Origin: Euprymna scolopes
Lineage: Eukaryota
Assembly: GCA_053919585.1 (NCBI GenBank)
Contig: CM132818.1
DNA length: 64,000 nucleotides
Strand: one strand, 5' to 3'
Under the pieces are notes generated by a model, which saw only the letters and a program-made list of their open reading frames with translations, made no database searches and was not told the DNA's origin. Below, piece by piece: positions 41,960 to 53,710 of this stretch (position 1 is its first letter; each line of letters begins with the position of its first letter). The position numbers were made by a program, and so were the translations under genes.

Positions 41960-42528
41960 AAGTAACAACTCTCTGTAGAAAAGTGCCCAGTTGAGGGTGA
42001 AGAAATCAATGTTTTAGCCAATTTTTCGGTATTTTTCGTCTGAAGGGTCAAGCTTCAAAACGATACTGATCTTGTGAAAATCCGTTGCCTGTCGAAAGCA
42101 TACAGATTTATATATTTGTAGCTCAAATTTTCAACCCAAACCGATTCAAAAGCTTGCCCTATCTCTGAATACTCTATGTAAAATTTCAAATGTTTAGACC
42201 AGAAATTGTCTTAGTAATTTGGTAGAGACTAGAGGTCAATTTTTTTTAACTTTGACCCCTTAACATTTTTGGGCTCAAATCAAGTTATTAAGTTAGATCC
42301 ATGTCCAAGGAACCTATATCTAAAATTTCAAGTGTTTAAACCCAAAATTGGCGGAGGAGTTTGGTAGAGTTTTCAAAGGTCAAATCGTCGAACTTTGACC
42401 CCTTAACAGCCAAATTTCTGGATGAAAACCGATTACAAAGATTTTCCCAAATCTCACTAACCCGTATATCAAATTTCGAGTCTAGACCGAAAGTTGGGAG
42501 TTATTGTGTAGGGAAATGTACAGACGGA
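41960..42528 (-). mobile_element. Helitron-like family A copy with internal imperfect subrepeats
   Basis: 41970-42095 is the reverse complement of about 12127-12260. It is followed by repeated aaatttcaa.tgtttagacc..aaattg modules and the agggaaatgtacagac block also seen at 33855. Confidence 0.65.
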
Positions 42529-43339
42529 TTAGTTTAAAAATTTTAGTGAAAGTAACGTAAAAATAAGGCAAAGCAAATCCAATTCTGTAAAACTAAAAGT
42601 TTTAAGAGTTGTAGGTTTTTATAAGATTAGTTATAGTTTTACTTTTTTTATAAGTTGGTTATGTAGTTATAGGATAGACAGGTTTAGCTAGTAGAAATAT
42701 AAGCAAGCAGCCATATTGTCAGTACTTGATTTTTCTCCTTTCACTGCTTACTGAATTTAAGAGGCCATTTGCTGTCACCCTGCATAAAGAAATGCGGCCA
42801 CAAACAAAGCTTTCAACACCACACCTTTTATCTAGTATCAGATTTTTTGTTATAAAAAGAAAAGGGTTTACAACTATTACAAGCAGTAAATGGTTAGCAA
42901 GCCATGGTCTTAAGCACTAGTGTAATTATGATCAAGGTGGAACTGGTTTGGTTGTTTTGCTTTACGGCATATCAACCCTTTAAGTTATTTAATGCCGAAT
43001 CCAGTTATAGTACATCAACATCTTTGGATTATTCATGTTGCATCCAGTTATTTTGTAGGTTTTTATTCTTAGAGTTCTTTGTATCTTCAATCGCTAGTTT
43101 AGTGTCTGGTTTGATTGTCTTGTAGTGGATATTGTTTTTGCTCCCTGCCCCACAGAACATGATTTTGCAATGGGATAGGGAAAAGGATTATAGTATTAAT
43201 GTCTGGTACATTTTAAGTTAAGAAACTAGTCAGGAAGTATTGAGAGAGAGAGAGAAAAGGAAACAAGGAAAAGGGGGTGGGAAAGGTGAACTGTTTTTGA
43301 AGAACATAAGTTTGGCGAAAGGGAATAGAAAAACGACCA

Positions 43340-44198
43340 AGTTTTCTGATTCTCTCTGATCTTGATCACGTTGTACAATGGGGAAAGGAGTGGCTGGTTA
43401 CTTTTAATGCATCTAAAATCAAGCTTTTATCTTTACATCAACGTTCTGATCCCCATCTGGCATCAATTAAAATGAATGGCTCTTGTCTTGGGGAGGCCTC
43501 AAGTTTTGACAAGCTTCTGGGCTTGCCCTTTATTCCTGATCTTATGGAACACGTACATCAAATCTGTTGCAAAGGCCGCTGGAAAAATGGTCGGATCCTT
43601 CTATCGATCCAGCAGATATCACTGCTGATGCAATTCTCTATCTATATAAGAACCAGGTACATCCAAGGATGGAATACTGTTGCCACATCTGGGCAGGAGC
43701 TGCTAGAAAGGACTTGTCCTGCCTTGATAGACTTCAAAATAGACTTTGTAGCCTCGTAGGAGATGTCCTTTCCTCTTTGCTGCAACCTATATCTCACAGA
43801 AGAGATATTGTGAGTTTGCTTTATCGTTATTTTCATGAAAAGTGTTTGAGCTTCAATCTATGGCCCCCCCCTCGCCAAACTTTCACAAAAAATACTCGTC
43901 TAGCTGAAAACACTATCAATAATTCCCCCATTCTTTATCTGTGCCTAGACCTAAACGTAGATTCCATGAACAAAGCTTTCTTAGAACTGCACGCCTGTGG
44001 AATTGTCTTCCGTTTTCCTGCTTTCCAGCTGATTACAATATGGTTGTCTTCAAGTCCAACATAAACAAGTTCTTGATGCGCCATTCCACTTGTTAACAAA
44101 TTTACCGAATTTCCATTACTAACAATTACTTTATTGTCCAACTGACTACTGTACTCTTAACCCTTATCCCCGAGTGGTTATGCCTATGTAAAAAAAAA
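43340..44198 (+). mobile_element. 5'-truncated CR1/L2-type LINE (RT C-terminus, 3' UTR and A-tail)
   Basis: DLDHVVQWGKEWLVTFNASK, LYLYKNQVHPRMEYCCHIWAGA, LDRLQNR, SHRRD..LLYRYFH, then a short poly-A. Confidence 0.85.
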
Positions 44199-44527
44199 CA
44201 AACTATTCGATGCATTTTCTCAGGACGGCAATATCTTCAGACAGCCTGATCTGGTAGCACCAGAAGGTGGAATTTGAAATGTCAGGATCACCATTTTGTA
44301 GGAAGGTTTACTTACATAGATATCTATCCTTGTTAAATATGAAAAATAAAATGTCAAAAGGATAACTTTTACAATTTAAATTTTATTCAGTTTCATCAAC
44401 AAAATGAAGGAGTTATGAAAACAGGAATACAAAATCGGTTGAAACAATGCCTGTTCACATTAATATCTCAACTGGAAATACAAATTGTGAGTAAAAGTTT
44501 TTTTTAGGTTGGGTAGAAGTGAAGTGG

Positions 44528-44658
44528 NNNNNNNNNNNNNNNNNNNNNNNNNNNNNNNNNNNNNNNNNNNNNNNNNNNNNNNNNNNNNNNNNNNNNNNNN
44601 NNNNNNNNNNNNNNNNNNNNNNNNNNNNNNNNNNNNNNNNNNNNNNNNNNNNNNNNNN
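44528..44658. other. Assembly gap (131 N)
   Basis: Run of N next to an internally repetitive element. Confidence 0.99.
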
Positions 44659-44659
44659 G

Positions 44660-44770
44660 CATTGTTCAGGCCCTATGTACTGTTCATAACTTGCATATGC
44701 GTGAATAATTTATGTAAAATTTCAAATGTTTAAAACCAAAATTTTGAGTAATTTCGTAGAGACTGCAGAG

Positions 44771-44814
<44 letters not shown>

Positions 44815-45507
44815 TTTAACCCAAATTTTGACCCCCTTAACATTTGTGTCTCAAATCAAAATACAAAGTTTTACCCATGTCCAAGTTACCCACATCTAAA
44901 ATTTCAAGTCTTCAGACCCAAAATTGGCAGAGGAATCTGCAAAGGTCAACTCTTAACTTTTACCTTTTTGGCAGCCAAATTTTTCGCTCCCAAACCGATT
45001 AAAATGCTTGCCGCATGTCTGAATACCCGTTATGTATAAGTTTCAAATGTTAGACCCAAAATTGTTTACATACCGCAAAGGTCAAACCTTTTTAACTAAC
45101 CTCTTGGCAGCTCAAATTTTCGACCCAAACCAATTAAAAAGCTTGCCCTATCTCTGAATACCCTTTATGTAAAATTTCAAAAATGTTTAGACCAGAAATT
45201 GGCCATTTTTTTTTTTTTTTTTTTAACTTTGACCCGTAACATTTTTTTGGGCTCAAATCAAATTAAAAAGTTTGATCCATGTCCAAGTAACCTACAATAA
45301 AAATTTCAAGTGTTTAGACCCAAAATTGGAAGAGTTTGGTAGAGTTTTCAAAGGTCAAATCGTTGAACTTTGACAAATTTCTGGCCAAAAACTGATTAAG
45401 ATTTTCCAAAATCTCAATACCTCTTATGTCAAATCTCGAGTCTCTAGACCGAAAATTGACAGTTATTTGGTAAGGAAATGTACAGATACATTTTCACTTA
45501 TATATAA
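44660..45507 (-). mobile_element. Helitron-like family A copy with expanded internal subrepeats
   Basis: 45110-45485 closely matches 42120-42525. Extra modules lie at 44700-45100. Ends in aggaaatgtacaga...tatatata. Confidence 0.65.
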
Positions 45508-45599
45508 CACCATGTTAGAGAAAATGCTGTTTTGAAAGAAAATAGTAATTATTCACTGGCTATAAACTTCTATAAAACTAGCTTTACTTCATTGATTGA

Positions 45600-45878
45600 G
45601 ATTGTCGGACTGACTTCCTCATCTTGATTGTTATCGTCACGTTTTTGCCCTCAGGCCTTCATCAGGTGTTTTTGTATCGAACTGGGGAACCGTTTGTTAG
45701 GAGTCTCGAACCCAACCCTTTATTATTATTATGGGGGTACCGTGTTCAGACTCCAGCTAGGCTCTGGGACAGTCGTTGATTCTGTTTTGAAGGTTACTTT
45801 TTCACTGCCTTCGTTCAGGATTGAACTCAACACCTTTGGTAACTAAACTTTGATACGTCTAGGACCACTCAGCCATAT
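45600..45878 (-). mobile_element. tRNA-derived SINE
   Basis: Minus-strand A box TGGCTGAGTGG and B box GAGTTCAATCC at tRNA-like spacing. The tail contains cacCTGATGAaggcc...aaaacgt. Confidence 0.65.
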
Positions 45879-45936
45879 GTCACTAGGACAATTCTTAGAA
45901 TGGAGATTTATCTGATCTGAAATATATTTATCAAAA

Positions 45937-45976
<40 letters not shown>

Positions 45977-46279
45977 AAACAAACTTAATATCTCGCAGTC
46001 ACAAACACTTTCTATTTGTGGAGAGCAGTCTGTTAGGTGGTTTGGTCACACACTGGCCAATCAGCTTCCAACGTATTTGAATTCCTTGAAAGACTATTTC
46101 AACATTGTGAAATTTGTCCAGTAAAACTAGCTTTACTTGGCATAGTCTGGAAGCATTTATTTTATTTTTATTTTTTCCTTAACATTTGTTTTAAAGAGTA
46201 CCTTGGCACCAACCAAGACGTCTTACCTTCTTTTCACAAAACAGCTGAGCAATGTTATCTTCAAAGACATTCTAAGATA

Positions 46280-47481
46280 GGTACGGGCAAAATGAATGCC
46301 GATCAAAATCGATAAACATTTTGACCCCTCCCTTTACTTAAAAATTCACCGAAAAATCAAGGAATTAACCAATTTTAATGAAATTCAGTATTTATCAAAT
46401 AATGATCGAAATATAATAAACTAATTTTTATTCAAATCAGACTGGAAATGTATTTTGTTTAAACAAAAAATACCTTTAAAGTTATGGTTTTCAGTAGTAA
46501 ATAAAAACGCAAGAATTTATTTTTGCTTTTTTTATATAAATAAAGCATCGTAATTTGTAACAATAAAATTTTTTTTACAGGAACAAAAAAAAAAAAAAAA
46601 AAAAAAAGCCCTAAAGTCTGTATTAATGAAGTCGATATAACTAAGAAAAATGAATTTCTCGAACTACCGATATTACCATTGAATTAAGCATTGTTTATTG
46701 AATATGCTCACAAAAAAAAAAAAAAATAAAATAAAAAAAAAATAAATAAAAATTATAGCAAAAATATTTCTATTTCTTTTTTAAAAACAGATTTCGCATA
46801 ATTTTTATAGGCAAGATTTTAATTTCCTTGCTCCCAAGAACGTAAAACTTTCGGCATAATTTTTATATAATCTTGAACAATTAAAAAAAATTTTTAAAAC
46901 GGACATAAAATAATTAGATTAAAAAATGATAAAATTTGATACAAACGCTCAGAATAGGAATATACGGATGACCGTCTGGGGGGGGGGGATCTGCCACCCC
47001 CTACCTCCTTTTACTATCATGACTTCATTTTGAAACAGTTTTGATTCGCTGAAATTTTGGCCTTCAGTATATTCGTATTTACCACCTGTTATCGGTTGCG
47101 TTTTACCGAACGGCATAATTACTTGCTTTTTGAGGGCTAATTAACCTGCATTTTGTATAATATAGGTGGTTTTTTTTGTTTTTTTTATTTAATTCAATAT
47201 CTTAAGAATTAACTAATTAGCTTTGAAATAAACCCAGAAAACTAATAATCTTTTAAAAAATTTTTTACAATGAATTTCTTTAACTTCAAAATTTAGCTGA
47301 ATTGGTTAGCTCGCCGTGAGAACATTTTCATAACTTTCACGTGTACAAATTTTTTTTCCTTTAGGAAATTATCTTTAGTCTCTAATCTTTCAAATACAAT
47401 TAAAAAAGTAGTCGGAAATCTACAAAAAAATTATGATAAATCGGCTTTCAAAACTAGGTCCTCCCTCTTTTTGCCCGTACC
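46280..47481. mobile_element. Non-autonomous TIR DNA transposon (1.2 kb)
   Basis: Perfect 13-bp TIRs GGTACGGGCAAAA / TTTTGCCCGTACC flanked by TA on both sides. AT-rich non-coding interior. Confidence 0.8.
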
Positions 47482-48172
47482 TAGCTATTCGGCAACCAAA
47501 CGTTCTCGCTGTATAATTCCTACCTTCATTTTGACACCGTCTTAAGTTTTGCCAATCTATATCCAACAATGCAATAACAAATATCTTTCATTGTTATTAA
47601 GAAAAGAGCGTTTGCTTGTGTTCAATGTCCATATTAAACATTTTGTTAGAAGGATAGAATTTTGTTTCAGGCAGAGTTACCTTCTTTTTACATTTATGCA
47701 AGTTTTCACATGGAGATGTGAGGAGACAGACGCTGACAGGCAACAACTAAAGGACTTTGAATCCATGCAAATTAAGATGGAGATAGTACTTAAGTAATAT
47801 TAGACTACGACTGATAGAAGTAATTTGTATCATTCTATGCGTTTCTACATAAAATGCCATGGCAATTATGATGATCCTCATTTCTTCATTACTTTCTATC
47901 ATTCATGTGCTACACACATATTGGTCTTCAGGTATAATTTTCTGGAAAGTATTAGTTCTGCTATGCTAACACCTCCATTCATTATGACACTATTGGTGTC
48001 AGGAATGCATGCAGCAAGGTGCATATTGTGGTGAAAGGGGGTGTTTGACCAGATGGGATAGAAGAAGAGAGGGCAGAAGAGGGGGTGTTGATGTCTGATT
48101 GGGACAAAACAGAAATGTCTATGGGATTTTGTCAGAAAGAAAAACATTGTTTTTATCTCATTGTTATATATC

Positions 48173-48572
48173 TGTTAACATGAAAGGTTTTTAAAACCTG
48201 TTGAGAGGTCTGAAGAGATCCAGACCCTTAGCTGATTAAGGCTGACAACTTAGAATGGGGGTCAAAGGTAAGGGTCGCCGCCAAGCGTTGTTCGACCTGG
48301 AATGACTAATCACTCCTAATCTGATAAGTAAAACCTCAGTAAAAATTAATAGGATAAAAAGGAGAGGTGCTGAGTGAACAAGACGAAGGGTAAGCTCTAA
48401 GAGGAAGAAAGGGCGTTTGTAACCACTCTCTGAAGGAGAGGTGGGGAAAAGGGTTGGATTTTTAGAAAAAGGATCTAAAAAGAGAGTTGTAGCCAACAAA
48501 CCGAACGGCTTGGCTGGGCTGGTCAAGCGCTCCCGATTTGGGAGCCCTCAGGGCCTGATGTTATGTTAACTA
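48173..48572. mobile_element. Possible solo LTR
   Basis: GC-richer 400-bp island bounded by TGTTAACAT ... ATGTTAAC(T)A. No clear TSD. Confidence 0.35.
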
Positions 48573-49272
48573 GCCTGTGTTAATGGGAAATCTGACTTTA
48601 CTGGTCTTACATCGTTTCACTGCTATAGTCAGTCACCTCAATTTAGACAGTAGCTGTTATGAAGTAATGAAATTAATAGTTTGTTATTGCTATAAACTGG
48701 AGTTCTGTTTGTGGTGAGGACTCTTCATTTTGCAGCAAGCCGCAAGGACCAGCGGAGGGATTGATGTACCTGGAGACTACCTACACAGGGTAGATGATTC
48801 GATCGAGAGGCAAAGCGCCCCACCATGAAAACACAGTGGGTGAAGACGATCAACAGGCCAACTTATGACGAGACAATGTACAATCAAAAGAACACCTGTC
48901 ATATCGGGTGGAATTCGACGAGGTTAAGGACACCTGATGTGGTTGGGGCAGTATCGGTGGCGTTATATATTATAGGAGTGTTTTACTATGCACGTTGACA
49001 GATATTTATAGAAGCCCAAAATATCTGTTAACTAGTATGCATTTGTTTGTCTACACTAGCAACTTCACAAGAAATACGGATATTATCTGTAAATGTTTAT
49101 CAGTTTTCTAAGGAAAATTTTGTTAAATTTTGAAAGTCATCTGAATACAGATAGATAAAATTGCCAATTTTTTTTTTCATAGGTTGGTTCAATTCCATCA
49201 GGGGGGGGGGATATTCTAAATATAAAAATCAAAATCATGACCCCCCCCCCACATTCCCCATAATAGTTAAAG

Positions 49273-49698
49273 CAAAACAAGGGGGTGAAAGAAAAAGCAA
49301 ATGAATGTTATCAAAGACAAACTTACTTTTCTTCTTACTTAAGTTAGTTTTCACTTATTTTAAAGTGTTTTATATAAAAATAAAGCGTGTCGAGTTAAAA
49401 AGCAAAACGAAATCTCAGAAATAATTGAGCCTCTATAATCGCTTAAAAATCGAAAATGAAAATACCGATAGAAACACATCCAATAAATGTTACCGATTGT
49501 GCAAAAATGTAATATTCTAATATTTTAATTTTCGAGTAATTATTAAGGCCCGACTTTGGCTTTAATGAAAACATTGTTTTGCTTTCAAATTATCGTTATT
49601 TTTAAGTAAAAGAAAAAAGTTGAAAAACAAAATTTAAAGTAGGAAGAGAAGTAACTTTGCTTGCCTTTGGTAATATTTGCTTCACACCCCTTGTTTTG
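49273..49698. mobile_element. MITE-like element
   Basis: Imperfect 18-bp inverted ends caaaacaagggggtgaaa / ttcacaccccttgttttg. Confidence 0.5.
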
Positions 49699-49719
49699 TT
49701 CCTATTTACAATGTCTCCC

Positions 49720-49866
49720 CACGGGACAGAGTTAGACACCAGGGTCGTTTTTTAACGTGGAGAAAAGGAACAAAAATAAAAATTGTCTCAGTCGTGAAGG
49801 ATTTCTCCTCCACTGACAGAACAAGAAATTGAAATGCAGCATCTGAACAGATACTACACTTTGATC
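49720..49866 (+). repeat. Dispersed repeat, second diverged copy at about 58015-58177
   Basis: Shared blocks cagar.ttagacaccagg, tgtctc, atttctc, acaagaaa, gaacagatac and actttgatc in the same order. Confidence 0.7.
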
Positions 49867-50329
49867 TTGTCCCGAAGGCCGCCGGTTGGTTCAACTCTCA
49901 AGGAGGGGGGGGGGATTTAAAGGTAAAAAGAAAAATCAGACCACACCTGTATTATATCAATTATTTCTCATGGTGGAAAAATGAGATACTAAATCTTTTT
50001 TTTTTTTTAACTAGCAGTAATATGCTGCATTTGGTTGCATATATTTGCTAGTATAATACTGAATTATTTTTAATGCCACTTTAAAAAGCAAAAGAATTGT
50101 TTAAAAAAAAAAAAAAAAGAAAAAAAAAAAAAATATTATCAATAAATAATATTTAGAGTCATTTATTTTACCACTTATATTTCAAATCATAAATTCAAAC
50201 AAATCTATACCGTCAAAATTATTTTTGTTAAGATAAGGTTTTAAGCTCTATAGGAATGTCCAAATAGGAAGGTCAGTTGGTATAACCTCAGACTGAAGAT
50301 CAAGGTTTTGGTTTATTTCTGATCTCATC

Positions 50330-50671
50330 CCGGCTGTGCTATTAAAAGTGCTGGCAGAAGTAGCTCCAGTTCTCTCCAAACTTTACAAATGCCTCAATGA
50401 ATCTTGCTGGAAAACTGCTTCTGTGATACCAGTTTTCAAGAATTCTGACGAAAGAACCGATCTAGTAAATTATCGCCCCATTAGCCTCACTTTTCGCCAA
50501 AATATTGGAGTCCATAATTAACCAAGCTCTAGTCCATCACCTTACAGATGCTAAACTGACAGACCAACAATATGGACTTAGGCAAGCCCGTTCCACAGCA
50601 GACATCCTAACTAATCTCTGAATGTATATACCATTCACTGGACAAAGCAGGGGAGGGTAGAGCGGTAGCTC

Positions 50672-50704
<33 letters not shown>

Positions 50705-51776
50705 ATAAGGCTTTTGACAGGGTATGGCATGAAGGTCTTCTCAGGAAAATCAGATCATACAGTATTACTGAAAGAACACTTAACATAATTAAATCCTTAG
50801 ACAAGAAAAATCTAGGTTGTCCTCAACGGTCGTACATCTAATATGATGCAGGAGTGCCTCAAGGGTCTATCCTTGGACCTCTATTCCTAATATTCATAAA
50901 TTACCTCCCTGATAAAATTATGAGAAAGGAATATATGCTGATGATACCATGCTCTATAACAGACAACACGAAAACAAATGAACACGTATCTAAAAAAGCC
51001 AGAAACACAAGAGGATGACCTCCAATCTAATGGAATGGGGACAAAAATGGATGGTCACATTCAATGCTGCCAAGATTAAACTTACAAGAAACCTTCTCTA
51101 ACACCAATAGCAATGGCCAAAGACTATCTGAAAGTACATCTTTTAAACTCCTCAGCCTAACGTTCACAGGAAACACGAGTTGGAACAATTACATTGAGAG
51201 CATTGCCAGGACCGCTGCGAAAAAGGTAGGTTCTCTCTACCGTGCTAGAAAGCTACTAATGTCCGAAAGTATCCTGTACCTGTATAAGGTCACCATTCGC
51301 CCATGTATGGAGTATTGTCATATTTGGGCTGGTGCATCTGCTACTAGTCTCTCGCTCCTAGACAAGATTCAAAAGTTGCCAACCCGATAGGTCCTGAACT
51401 GTCAAGCTTCAGCCTGTCCCATCGACGAAATGTTGCATCCCTCTGCCTGTTCTTCAAATACTTTAACGGTGAATGCTGACGAACTACAAGCACTTGTACC
51501 CCCCCCCCAAAACTAAATTCCTCTAAATCCCATCCCTTCACAGTAAAGATTCCTAGATGTAAGAGAACCTACTCCAGAACTGCTAGATTTTGGAATTCCC
51601 TTCCGGGTCTGCTTCCCCAACTGTACTGACATGCAGAAGTTCAAGTGTAATGTGAACTGACATCTTGCTGCCCAACTCCCTACATAGTATCCCTGTAGCT
51701 TATATGTCCCTGATAGTAGCCCCCTACAAAGTGGCAACGTGTCTTGTTTGGGGTGAAAAAAAAAAAAAAAAAAAAA
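50330..51776 (+). mobile_element. 5'-truncated CR1/L2-type LINE (decayed RT) with poly-A tail
   Basis: WKTASVIPVFK, NYRPISL, QYGLRQARSTAD, KAFDRVWHEGLL, GVPQGSILGPL, YADDT, YKVTIRPCMEY.HIWAGA. Poly-A at 51756-51776. Confidence 0.92.
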
Positions 51777-52110
51777 TCTTAGTTATTTACTATTCATATT
51801 TTCCATTTCTAAAAGTAGACAAACAGATGAGCAAGATCTATTTATGTAAGGAGTCACCACTGAAGGTGAACGATTAATGTGATGCAATGATTATCAATTG
51901 AAAGATAAATAGGCAAGATAGAGTCTGCTTGGTGATGAAATTAACAAATTGATAAAAGTTCCATTATATTATAGATCTTTGACAATTTATTGCCAACATT
52001 TTTTAAATTAACAAAGAAAATAAAAACGATTATAAGTTTGATTTAAATCAAATTTAATCAAACTTTAAAATTTGAATATTTTTAGTACTTGTACAGAATT
52101 TAAACAGAAC

Positions 52111-53324
52111 TTTGTGTAATCTATAATATAAATTTTGTGTAATCTATAATATAAATTTTGTGTAATCTATAATATAAATTTTGTGTAATCTATAATATAA
52201 ATTTTGTGTAATCTATAATATAAATTTTCTGTAATCTATAATATAAATTTTCTGTAATCTATAATATAAATTTTCTGTAATCTATAATATAAATTTTCTG
52301 TAATCTATAATATAAATTTTCTGTAATCTATAATATAAATTTTCTGTAATCTATAATATAAATTTTCTGTAATCTATAATATAAATTTTCTGTAATCTAT
52401 AATATAAATTTTCTGTAATCTATAATATAAATTTTCTGTAATCTATAATATAAATTTTCTGTAATCTATAATATAAATTTTCTGTAATCTATAATATAAA
52501 TTTTCTGTAATCTATAATATAAATTTTCTGTAATCTATAATATAAATTTTCTGTAATCTATAATATAAATTTTCTGTAATCTATAATATAAATTTTCTGT
52601 AATCTATAATATAAATTTTCTGTAATCTATAATATAAATTTTCTGTAATCTATAATATAAATTTTCTGTAATCTATAATATAAATTTTCTGTAATCTATA
52701 ATATAAATTTTCTGTAATCTATAATATAAATTTTCTGTAATCTATAATATAAATTTTCTGTAATCTATAATATAAATTTTCTGTAATCTATAATATAAAT
52801 TTTCTGTAATCTATAATATAAATTTTCTGTAATCTATAATATAAATTTTCTGTAATCTATAATATAAATTTTGTGTAATCTATAATATAAATTTTGTGTA
52901 ATCTATAATATAAATTGTGTAATCTATAATATAAATTGTGTAATCTATAATATAAATTTTCTGTAATCTATAATATAAATTGTGTAATCTATAATATAAA
53001 TTGTGTAATCTATAATATAAATTGTGTAATCTATAATATAAATTGTGTAATCTATAATATAAATTGTGTAATCTATAATATAAATTTTGTGTAATCTATA
53101 ATATAAATTGTGTAATCTATAATATAAATTGTGTGTAATCTATAATATAAATTGTGTAATCTATAATATAAATTGTGTAATCTATAATATAAATTGTGTA
53201 ATCTATAATATAAATTGTGTAATCTATAATATAAATTGTGTAATCTATAATATAAATTTTGTGTAATTTATAATATAAATTTTGTGTAATCTATAATATA
53301 ATTTTTGTGTAATTTATAATATAA
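52111..53324. repeat. Satellite array, 23-bp unit (21-bp variant), roughly 54 copies
   Basis: (TAATCTATAATATAAATTTT[C/G]TG)n, with a 2-bp-deleted variant dominating the right third. Confidence 0.98.
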
Positions 53325-53710
53325 TCTCACCTGTCTGCTTAAATACATGTCTATGTATGTTTGCCTAAAACTTTCGACAGGCGACGGATTTTCACAAAAT
53401 CAGTATCGTTTTGAAGTGCGACCCTTCAGACAACAAATATCAAAAAAATTGGCTACAAACATTAATTCCTTCACCATCAACTGGGCACTTTCCTTACAAG
53501 GAGGGGGTCATTTTTTTTTTCGCCAATATTTTCGAAAGTCATCCCCTCTTTTTGATTAACTAGCCTTAAACTTTCGCCATTCCAGTTTTGCAATGGACGC
53601 AACGGCAAAGTCACAGGTTTTACGTTCTTTCCCTCCTTCGCATTACGGGTTTGAGCCTGCCTTCCACTATTTTTTGCTCAACGCACAACTTCAAACACCC
53701 GGGCAAGTCC
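53313..53710 (+). mobile_element. Helitron-like family A copy, 3' end decayed
   Basis: Start t.tataatataatctcacctgtctg is the reverse complement of 57041-57065. Body matches 12127-12405. The end ctcaac...aaacacccgggcaa matches the subterminal region of the 33.5-kb copy. Confidence 0.7.

Noticed and set aside
48721-48998. GC-richer island as a plus-strand exon after ttcattttgcAG
   Set aside because: The frame stops at TGA near 48826, there is no convincing donor and no recognisable protein.
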